Of a stretch of 64,000 nucleotides of DNA, positions 1 to 13,951 are shown piece after piece (the stretch's first letter is position 1; each line of letters starts with the position of its first letter). The stretch comes from the human T2T-CHM13v2.0 reference genome, Homo sapiens, in NCBI RefSeq assembly GCF_009914755.1, contig NC_060926.1. One strand, given 5' to 3'. Made by a program: the position numbers and the translations under genes. The notes below the pieces were generated by a model. It did not search any database. It was not told the DNA's origin and saw only the letters and a list, made by a program, of their open reading frames with translations.

Positions 1-322
1 TTGGAGAGAGAGAGAGAGAGAGAGTAAAAATACAGAGAGCATAAAAAAATAGAGAGAGAGCATAAATCTCCACAGGAACTGGAATGAGGGCAGGCAAACC
101 TGAACTGCAACTGACAAATTATTGGAGGCTCAGAGTGGACATGCCTGAGAGTAAAAAGCTCTTGGGGGAGGGAGGGCTAGTTATGGAGCAAGCCACAACA
201 CTCCTGTGAGTTTTACCTGTAGGAACTTGACCAGGTTCTTATGGTAATTATTACAGGAAAATTCCCCCTTGTTTTCAGCAGGTAGAAGGAAAAAAAAGGA
301 CCCACTTAAAAATAACCAGGGC

Positions 323-1111
<789 letters not shown>

Positions 1112-1439
1112 ATTCTATTTTTCTTAACAAGGCCTGCCCTCAAGAGAAACTGTCTTACCAGAGCCTAACCGTCTTAGGCGAAGGGAGATACCCAACTCCA
1201 TTCAGCTCTAGACGTCCACATGGGAGAAGGGAAATAACCGCAGCACATACTAATCATCCTGTACCAGCTAAGGTGGGGAAAAACTGAAAAGCACAGTTCA
1301 GAGGCACAGGCTCACTAAAAGACTGAGATCTAATCACAGGACTATAGGAAGCCTCCCTTTCCTCCACATTTTACCACTGCATTACTAAAGTCCTATTTAC
1401 TGCAGTTCCGTTTACCTAGTACATCATGTTCAGCTATCA

Positions 1440-1750
<311 letters not shown>

Positions 1751-3041
1751 AAATTATTACAAAGCATCCTAAAAGGCAAAAAACAACCTGAAGACATAAG
1801 GCAAAGATCAGAACCAAATTCATATAAGACAGGCATGTTGAAATTACCAGACTGAGAATTTAAAACAACTATGATTAATATGCTAAGGGCTCTAATGGAT
1901 AAAGCAGACAGCATGCAAGAACGGATGGGCAATGTAAGCAGAGATGTAAATTCTAAGAAAGAATTTTTAAAATGCTACAGATCAAAAACACTATAACAGA
2001 AATGAAGAATCCTCCTTAGTAGACTGAATGAAGATGAGCTCATTAGTAAACTGGACATGGCTAAGAGAACATTTCTGAGTTTGAGAATATGTCAATAGAA
2101 ACCTCCAAAATGGAAAAGCAAAGAGAAAAAAGACAGAATAAAATGATTCAGAACATCCAAGAACTGTGGAATAACTACAAAAGGTATAAATGTGTGTGAT
2201 AGGAATACCAGAAGGAAAAAAAAGGAAGCGAAGCATATTTCAAGCAACAGTGACAGAGAATCTTCCCAAATTGGCAATAGACACCAAACCAGAGATCCAG
2301 AAAGCACAGAGAACACCAAGCAGGATAAGTGGTTTAAAAAAACTACACCTAGGCTATCATTTTCAAATTACAGAAAATCAAAGATAAAGAGAAAATCCTG
2401 AAGGAACCCAGAGGAAAACAAACAGCTTTCTATGCAGGAGCAAGATAAGGATTATATCCAACTTCTCATCAGAAATCATGCAATCAAGAAGACAGTGGAG
2501 TAAAACATTTAACATATTGAGAGAAAAAAAAAAAACACCAGCCTAGAATTCTGTATCCCATAAGATTATCATATAAAAGTGAAACACAAAGACTTTCTCA
2601 GATGAACAGAACAATATTTGAGGGAATTTGTTGCCAACAGACCTTCCTTATAAGAAATAATTAAAAGAACTTCTTGAGAAAGAAGGAAAATGACACATAG
2701 GTCAGAAACTCTCTGCATAAATAAATGAAGAGCATCAGAGAAATAATAAGTGAATATAAAATATAAACTCTTATTTTTCTTATTCTCAGTTAATCTAACA
2801 GACAACAGTTTGTTCAAAATAATACTAGGCAACAATGTAATTGTGTGTGTGTGTATACACACAATTGCTTAGGTGTAAGTGAATGGCAGAAATGACATAA
2901 GGAACAGGAGAGAGGAATTAGGAATGATTAGGAATGTTTTGTGATAAGGTTCTTGCAATATCTGTGAATTGGTATAGTGCTATTGGAAAGTGAACTTGGA
3001 GTAGTTGTAAATGTATACTGCAAACTCTAGGACAACCACTA

Positions 3042-3414
<373 letters not shown>

Positions 3415-3417
3415 TTA

Positions 3418-3732
<315 letters not shown>

Positions 3733-4436
3733 TTAAACAAAAAATATATATATATGTAAAAGGCAGAAAAAGAGTGAAAGACAAAAATAGGAACAAAGAA
3801 TAAGTACAATGTATAGGAAACAGTAATGAATATGGTATACATCAATCCAACTATGTCAATAATCACTTTATATGTTAATGGTCTAAATATGTCATTTAAA
3901 AGACATAATGGATCAAAAAACAAGACCCAATTATATATTATCTACAAGAAACCCACTTTAAATATAAAAACACATATAGATTAAAAGTAAATGGGTAAAG
4001 AAAAACATACCACGTTAATACTAATCAAAAGAAAGAGGAAGTAAACATATTAATTTCAGACAGAGCAGACTTCAGAACAAGGAAAGTTATCAGTGATAAA
4101 GAGGACCATTACATAATGATAAAGGGGTCATTTCTCCAAGAAGACATAACAATCCTTAACACATATTTCCCTAACAACAGATATCAAAATATGTGAGGCA
4201 AAAACTGATAGAACTCCAAGGAGAAATGGATGAATCCACTATTATAGTTGGAGACTTAAGTACCCCTCTATTATATAAACGGACAGATCCATCAAGCAGA
4301 CATAAGGACATAGTTGAATTGAACAGTAACATCGACATCTGTCGACTACTTATCCAACAACAGCAGAATACACATTCTTAAGCTCACAAGGGCTATTCAC
4401 CAAGCTAGACCACATTGTGGGCCATAATACACATCT

Positions 4437-4739
4437 TTTTTTTTCTTTTTTTTTGAGACAAGAGTTTCGTTCTTCTTGCCCAGGCTGGAGTGCAATGGCA
4501 TGTGACCTCAGCTGATGGCAACCTTCACCTCCTGGGTTTAAGCGATCCTCCTGCCTCAGCCTCCCGAGTAGCTGGGATTACAGGCACCTGCCACCATGCC
4601 CAGCTAATTTTTTGTATTTTTAGTACACATGGGGTTTCACCATGTTGGCCAGGCTGGTCTCGAACTCCTGACCTCAGGGGATCCATCTGCCTCGGCCTCC
4701 CAAAATGTTGGGATTACAGGTGTGAGCCTGCGCCTGGCC
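4437..4739 (-). mobile_element. Alu
   Basis: TSD cataataca(c/t)atctt. Confidence 0.9.
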
Positions 4740-4876
4740 CATAATACATATCTTAACAAATTTAGAAGAATATATGTCATATAATGTCTGCTCTCAGACT
4801 TCAATAGAATTAAGCTAAAAATCCATAACAGAAAGATAACTGGAAAATCCCAAAATACTTGGGAGATTACAAAACA

Positions 4877-5488
<612 letters not shown>

Positions 5489-5518
5489 TAATACATGGGT
5501 CAAATAAGAAACCTCAAG

Positions 5519-6592
5519 TGTTGTGGGAAGTCAGGGACCCCGAACGGAGGGACCGGCTGAAGCCATGGCAGAAGAATGTGGATTGTGAAGATTTCATGGA
5601 CATTTATTAGTTCCCCAAATTAATACTTTTATAATTTTTTATGCCTGTCTTTACTGCAATCTCTAAACATAAATTGTGAGGATTTCATGGACACATCACT
5701 TCCCCAATCAATAACCTTGTGATTTCCTATGCCTGTCTTTACTTTAATCTCTTAATCCTGTCATCTCGTAAACTGAGGAGGATGTACGTCACCTCAGGAC
5801 CCTGTGATGATTGCAGTAATTGCACAAATTGTAGAGCATGTGTGTTTGAACAATATGAAATCTGGGCACCTTGAAAAAAGAACAGGATGACAGCAATGTT
5901 CAGGGAACAAGAGAGATAACCTTAAACTCTGACTGCCAGTGAGCCGGGCGGAACAGAGCCATATTTCTCTTCTTTCAAAAGCAAATGGGAGAAATATCAC
6001 TGAATTCTTTTTCTCAGCAAGGAACATCCCTGAGAAGGAGAATGCGCCCCTGAGGGTGGGCCTCTAAAATGGCCCCCTTCAGTGTGGCCGTTTTCTATGT
6101 TCAAGACTGTAGGGATGAAATAAGCCCCAGTCTCCCATAGTGCTCCCAGGCTTATTAGGACGAGGAAATTCCCGCCTAATAAATTTTGGTCAGACCGGTT
6201 GCTCTCAAACCCTGTCTCCTGATAAGATGTTATCAATGACAATGGTGCCCGAAACTTCATTAGCAATTTTAATTTCGCCCCAGTCCTATGGTCCTGTGAT
6301 CTCGCCCTGCCTCCATTTGCCTTGTGATACTCTATTACCTTGTGAAGTATGTGATCTCTGTGACCCACACCCTATTCGTACACTCCCTCCCCTTTTGAAA
6401 ATCCCTAATAAAAACTTGCTGGTTTTACGGCTCAGGGGCATCACAGAACCTACCGACATGTGATGTCTCCCCCGGATGCCCGGCTTTAAAATTTCCCTCT
6501 TTTGTACTCTGTCCCTTTATTTCTCAACCTGGCCGACGCTTAGGGAAAACAGAAAAGAACCTATGTGACTATTGGGGGCAGGTTCCCCGATA
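5519..6592 (+). mobile_element. MER11 solo LTR (HERV-K HML-8), probably MER11C
   Basis: Begins TGTTGTGGGAAGTCAGGGACCCCGAACGGAGGGACCGGCTG and ends GGTTCCCCGATA; 1074 bp; perfect 6-bp TSD CTCAAG (5513-5518 / 6593-6598); AATAAA near 6407. Confidence 0.92.
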
Positions 6593-7268
6593 CTCAAGAG
6601 ATATTTTAATATATTTTAAAATAAATGAAAATGAAAATACAACTGATGAAAATTTGAGGAATGTAGCCAAAACAAGAGGGAATTTTGTAGCATTGAATAT
6701 TAGGAAAAAAAAGATCTAAAGTCAGTAAGCTTCTACTGTAGGAAACTAGAAAAAGAAGAGCAAATTAAATCCAAAGTAAGCAGAAGAAAAGAAATAACAA
6801 AAATTAGAGCAGAAATAAATGAAATTGAAAAAAGAAATTAATAAAGGTAATCAGCAAAACCAAAGGTGTTTTTTAGAAAAGATCAGAAAATCTGAATGCA
6901 TATAGACAGGCTAGCTAAAAAAGTGTGAAAGTGTGGATAGAAGAGAAAGAGCTTCGATGGGATTTAGGAAAGGAATGTCAAAGAACAAAAACTTGACCAT
7001 ATGTCTCCAGATCTGCCCAAGGGAAACTGCTCTATCTAGCAGAACCAAGTATCTGCTCCGATTGGCAGGTTGCACATAGTGGAAATGGCTGCATGAAAGC
7101 TATTATAAAAGATGATACTACCATCACATTAATCCAATTAGTTGTACTTGTTATGACTCATGATGAAAAAGCAACCCTGAGAATATAATTTACTTCCCTA
7201 TACATTTTTTTCTATGGGGAGATAATGCCCTGACCAAGAGATATGAATAGTCCAATTGCCTTGCCAGG

Positions 7269-7603
<335 letters not shown>

Positions 7604-8944
7604 TAATAAATTTAGTGGCATTCTAAGGTTATATCTGGTGAGATGAACTGAAACTCATAGCTCTGACATAAACTGAGACGCTGAGTGCAAGACCATTTAA
7701 ATTAATGTGGAGGCCTTTTTCATGAAAATCAGGCCACATATATACTTTTAACATAAAAGGACAGGCTATTTTAGAAGCTGCTGGGTCATATAGTCTTATG
7801 AAAGAAAATGTTCTGAAGGCGGTAAATGTGTTTATCTTAAGGTACACTGGGAGAAAAAGTAGCTGTAGTTTCATTGGTAGAGAAACATCTCAATGTTGTT
7901 GAGGGGCTCACTCATGAAACCAAAGCTTATCCCCACTCCTGGGAGCCATCAGAAGCCTCAACAGAGGAATAATGTTGGCATCTAGCTGACACCTAGATGT
8001 TACCTAAATGCGGCAGAATTTGCCAGGCTTAAGAAGGGGCTGGGATCCACCCTTTCTTATTCTGTGAGTATAATGCGGACATTATAGAGGGGAATGGTTT
8101 AAAGACAGGACTATGGGGAAGAGACACAGGCGAACTGAGAACCAAGAAACTAGGGATTATCCAGGAGGGACATCTTATTAAACCCATGCAGTGTGGTGTT
8201 GTAATTATTGCCTTGTATGTGGTACAAAGGAAAGAATTATCTAAACAAAGGCATAACTCCTCATCTCCCCTTACTCTCTGTAGCTTTAGGGAACATTTGC
8301 ACCCTTCAGAAAAATAACTACTTAATTCTCTACTAATATCCATTGGGTATTTTGTCTAAGGGAAAAGGGAAAGAAGATATTAAACTGGGGTAATCCTGGT
8401 TCACAGAAGTTTGATGGGCACCAGCCTTAGTTGAATTATCATACGGAAAAGAGAATCAACTAGTAGACTCCTAGAGACAATACGGGTAAGTTTTCTGAGT
8501 TTCTCCTTGTCAATGCATAGCTTGAGATCTCCTAGGAGACAGAAAGAAGGGACACACAGGTTACATGTTTTAGTTCTTTGTGTGTTTATTAAGGGTCAGT
8601 CCTCTGGAATCTTCCTATTTGCTGGCAAAGCTGAGGACTGCCTCTATGATAGACACCAAAGCAAAATACTGCTATCATTTGAGTCCCAGTAGGGACTGTC
8701 ATGTGGCATCTTAGACAATGTATTTCTGTCTTTCTAGCTGTAACTGCAATAATGTCATGCTTGGAGATTCAATGCCTATATGCAGCAATTGGTTTGGTTT
8801 TGTGTCACAGCCACAGATTATACCTCTACAAATCTGTGTCACCAGTCAGACCCAAGGGGAAGAAAATAAGAATAGATGGATGAATCCATGCAAATCTATC
8901 AGTACTGCCTCCAAAACCAACCAAATGCATTCTGTATTAACTGT

Positions 8945-9102
8945 AGGAAACTTTCAAAGTGTGGTTGTGAATTAGCAGCACTAGCATCGGTTGGGAGCTT
9001 AATAGACTGCTGACCCACTGAATCCCAGCCCTACGAAATCAAAATCAGCATTTTAACAAGATCCTCAGGTTATCAGTATGCACGTGAAAGTTTGAGAAGC
9101 AA
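8945..9102. mobile_element. MER5A-like hAT-Charlie DNA transposon remnant
   Basis: Motif gcattttaacaagatcc...tatgcacgtgaaagtttgagaagc. Confidence 0.65.
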
Positions 9103-9534
9103 GTTGTACCATATTATCAACTTTTGTTTATAGACAACACATTTATTACTTTTTGCTCTAGTTTACAAATTATGTTTTATAGTGCTAGTCTTTTGAAGAG
9201 TCCAACATGCTGTAAATTAACAGTTTATAGAAAAACTGGATGGATTCAGGATATAGAGGCATATGGTGAAAAAGCTAATTTCTTTCATTCATATTAGTCT
9301 GGAAATATTTATTGAATTCCTACTGTGTGTTCCAGAACTGTTCAAGAACCTGAAGATATAGCAGTGAACAAGTCCCTGTTTTCATGGTGCTTACATTTTA
9401 TTAGGGGGAACACACACTGGACAAACAAATGATATATTAATATCAGCTGATACGTGCTACAGTGAAAGAGAAGGAAGAGACGTTGCTATTTTGGCAAGAA
9501 GGGTCAAGGAATGCTTCACGGATACAGTGATTCT

Positions 9535-9842
9535 TTTCATTTTATTTCACTTTTTTAGAGACAGGGTCTTGCTCTTTTGCCCGAGCTGCAGTGCAGTGAC
9601 ATGATCATAGCTCACTGCAGCCTTGAACTAATCTCAAGTGATCCTCATGCCTCAGCCTCCCAAGTAGGTAGGGCTGCAGGCAAGTACCACCACACTGGGC
9701 TAATTTTTTTCTTATTTTTTTTATAGAGGTGGGGGTCTCACTGTGGTGCTCAGTCTGGTTTCGAACTCCCGGCCTCAAGCAATCCTGCCTTAACCTCCCG
9801 AAGTGCTGGGATTACAGGTGTGTGCCACTACACCCAGCCTGG
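9535..9842 (-). mobile_element. Alu (J-type)
   Basis: Diverged antisense dimer. Confidence 0.85.
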
Positions 9843-9870
9843 ATAAGGTGGTTCTTAAAGATTTTGTGCA

Positions 9871-10220
<350 letters not shown>

Positions 10221-10586
10221 TTAGCATGTGAAAATCCCTGAGGCTGGAGTGTGCTTTGTGCCTTTGAAAAGCAGCAAAGAAGTCATGTCTCAAGTAAGGT
10301 AAGAAAGGCCAGAATAGTTAGAGAAGTCAGAGAGGAAAATGTTGGAGGAAAATGAAGTAGGTCCTTGCAGGCCTTTTAAAGTGGAATGGGAAGCCATTGG
10401 AGGCTTTTTAGCAGAGAAGTGACATCTTACTTCCATGTTAAAAGATCTCTGTGTTTGCTATGTTGAGAATAATCCACGGATTTGGGGTAGAGTCACGGGC
10501 AGAGTCAGGGAAACAAGTTGGAAGGCTATTACAATAAACTAGAAAGTATTTTGTATAACTTAAACCATTTTAAAGACAGTAGCCAC

Positions 10587-10730
10587 GGCTAGGTGCAATG
10601 GCTGACGCCTGGAGTCCCAGCACTTCAGAAGGCCGAGGCAGGAGGCTCCCTTGAGCCAAGGAGTTCGAGACCAGCCTGGGCGACATACGAAGCCCCTGCC
10701 TCTAATTTAAAAAAAAAAAAGGGAAAAGAA
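10587..10730 (+). mobile_element. Alu monomer (FLAM)
   Basis: Left arm plus poly-A. Confidence 0.75.
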
Positions 10731-11276
10731 ATAAAGATAGTGGTTACTACTACTATACCACCATCCATTTAAGGAAGAAAGTGTGGAGAGATGGTTAGGT
10801 ATATTTTGGAGATATAGCTGAAAAGATTAGATTGGAAGTGAAGTACATGAGGAAGACAGCAAGCACACTTCCTAGGTTCTTGTACTGAGCAAGTACAAGA
10901 ATAGAGTTGCTAAGTACTAAAATAGGGTATCCCAAAGGAAAAGTATATTTTCCCCCCAAAATTTTGACATATAAATTTCACATGCCTAATGGACAACCAA
11001 GGAGAAATGCTGAATGTAAAATGTAATTTCAGGATAAAAAATTGAAGGTGTAATTTGCAAGCAACTACTCTCAATTCTGCCATGGTAGAGTGAAAGCAGC
11101 TATAGGCAATACTAAAGGAATGGGCATGGTTGTGTTCCACTAAAATTTTAGGACACTGAAACTTGAATTTGAATTTCGTCTAATTTTCACATCTCAAAAT
11201 ATTGTTCTTTTGATTTTCGTTAAGCAAGTTGCAACCAGAATGGACTGCAAAGCCTATAACATTTATTGTCTGGCTC

Positions 11277-11578
11277 TTTTTATTTTATTTTTATTTTTTG
11301 AGACAGTGTCTCGCTCTGTCGCCCAGGCTGGAGTACAGTGGCGCCATCGGAGCTCACTGCAACCTTCACTCCCAGGTTCAAGCGATTCTCCCACCTTAGC
11401 TTCTAAGTAGCTGGAACTACAGGCGTGCACCACCACGCCAAGCTAATTAAAATTTCTTTTGCAGAGACAGGGTCTCATTCTGTTGCCCAGGCTGATCTCC
11501 TGGGTTCAAGGGATTCGCCCGCCTAGACCTCCCAAAATTCTGGAATTACAGGCGATAGCCACTGCGCCTCGTCTCTGG
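11277..11578 (-). mobile_element. Alu (J-type) inside a MER58-like remnant
   Basis: Antisense dimer; TSD tctggctctt. Confidence 0.85.
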
Positions 11579-12039
11579 CTCTTCACAGGCAATTTGTGGA
11601 TCCTTGTTACAAATGAAACAAGATGGGACATTAGTTGATCATTTTTGAAGTTGGGTGACGGTATACAGGGTTTCGTTATACTAGTTTACTTTAGAATATA
11701 CTTGAAATCTTTCACAATAAAAAGTTGTGGAAATGTTTAACAAAGGTGAGTTATCTTACGCGTTTTTCTTTCCTTATACAAAAACCAAATCTCTCTGAAA
11801 GTTGTCTATAGTTAGTAAAGCCTTTTGCTTCTTTTCTGAAAAAGAAAAACCCTTTCGAAGTCTTTAGTGGTGGTAAAATAAGCCCTTTGGATATGACACT
11901 CGGTGACGACGAAAGCAGGCACAAAAGGAAAAGAGGAGTTTTTGGGGGGTGTCTGTGTGTGTTTTGTCTTTTTACATTACTCTAAATTCCCAGAACCAAT
12001 CCCGGTTCTACAAATAAGTGAAACAAAATCCCCTTTAAC

Positions 12040-12720
12040 ACCGTAGGGTCTCACGCCCTCAGATGACTCACGGAAATGACGCCATCAGCGAAAAGCGGGG
12101 CGGGCGTAGACGTCAGCACGTCAGCCCTCCTCCATGTCCAGCTGAGGGAAGGCTCGTTTCAGTGCCGCGGCCGGCGCCCGCCAAGGGATGGGCAGCCAGA
12201 GCCTGTCGACTGCGGCTGCGCAGGTATGCTGGGGCGGGGCTTCAGGTCACCCCGCCCATCCCCAGCCTACGCGACCATTGAACAGCTGCCGCCCGACGGC
12301 TGGGTAAATCCTCAGCGGCCGAAATGATTAGCCCAGGGGGCAGCCCCGCCCCCTGCTCCTCCCGGCCTCTCGCCCCGCCCCCATGTCCCGCCCGCTCGTC
12401 TGCCTGGCTGCGGGGTGACACGGGGCTTCGCCTTGGGAAGGGGGTCGAGGGAAGCAGTTAGACGGCTGCCGGGCGGCGGCTGCCGCGCGGCACACAATGT
12501 GAGCCCGGTGATGGGGAGCGGGCCGTTGGGAAGAGGGGGCGGCATGGCAAGAAATGGGAGGGCCCCGGTGCTTGGTGGTGGAGGGGCTGCAGAGTGAGGG
12601 GCGGCTTTGAGTGGGCTAGGCTGTCAGGGAGTGTTCCGATACTGTAGTGCAGGCTGGGATCGCGGTCGGGAGACGCCGAGTCCGCATTCCTCAGTTCTAG
12701 AGCTTCTCTTGGCAGCTCGG
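12040..12720 (+). promoter_or_regulatory. NBEAL1: CpG-island promoter of NBEAL1
   Basis: Sharp rise in GC and CpG content; GC boxes (12097, 12232, 12343, 12372); TGACTCA at 12064-12070; CGGAAA at 12071; CRE-like ACGTCA at 12110 and 12118. Confidence 0.9.
12394..12498 (+). other. NBEAL1: NBEAL1 exon 1 (non-coding; 5' end approximate)
   Basis: Donor AAT|GTGAGC at 12498/12499 inside the CpG island; next strong acceptor at 13671. Confidence 0.7.
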
Positions 12721-12775
12721 CACACCTTAAGTTTGCCTCTGTTTGGGTTGTCTTGGGATGTGAGGAGGAAATTAA

Positions 12776-13279
<504 letters not shown>

Positions 13280-13671
13280 CCAACAACTTTGAAGAGGAGA
13301 CCAGAACAAGAACATTCTAAGAGCTTTGATGTATTTGAAATGTCTGAGATGTGGGCCTTTTCCTTGTATCTGTACAAAAGGTATGAGTGGGAAGGGAGTC
13401 TTGCTCCTTATTCTCACTGGACGCATTCTTGGTTATGAACATGTACCCATCTCTAGGAGTCTGTCTGCCCTAGAGGATTCTATGGTGGACATACTGTGTT
13501 AGCTGTGATGTTTTCCTGAAACACAAGTTTCTATGAAATCTAATCAGTCCATGTGAAAGTATAGCGGGTTGTTTGTGGGAAGTGAAGAAGATACATCTTT
13601 AGTTTTTGATAAGTCTAGATTTTTTAATATGGCCTCTTTTTCTAACCTGTGGATGTTTTTCTCTTTCACAG

Positions 13672-13900
13672 ATTTATTTAATTGCCCAACTACCACTGAT
13701 GAAGATATATTGGAGTGACTGCTGAAATTGCCTTTTTGTTTTTAACCAGAGGACAGTCCATTTGTTTCACTTCTTTTTGCTTTCCTTACTGCTATGAGCT
13801 TTACTGAACGGCTGAAAAACTTGGAAAATAAAATGGACATGCTGTAGTCTTGAACATAATTTTTTTAAGGAAAACTTAAAGTGCCAGAGTGAAAGCCAGA
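13672..13900 (+). other. NBEAL1: NBEAL1 exon 2, 5'UTR portion
   Basis: Acceptor ttttctctttcacag|A at 13671/13672, contiguous to the ATG at 13901. Confidence 0.8.
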
Positions 13901-13951
13901 ATGGCATCCAGAGAGAGGCTCTTTGAACTTTGGATGCTTTATTGTACAAAG
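13901..13951 (+). CDS. NBEAL1: Neurobeachin-like protein 1, first coding exon (MASRERLFELWMLYCTK)
   Basis: Kozak AGAATGG; 51 nt; donor AAG|GTAATT; matches the NBEAL1 N-terminus. Confidence 0.95.

Noticed and set aside
5580-5760. Direct repeat in the LTR U3 region
   Set aside because: A normal part of the MER11 consensus as I recall it
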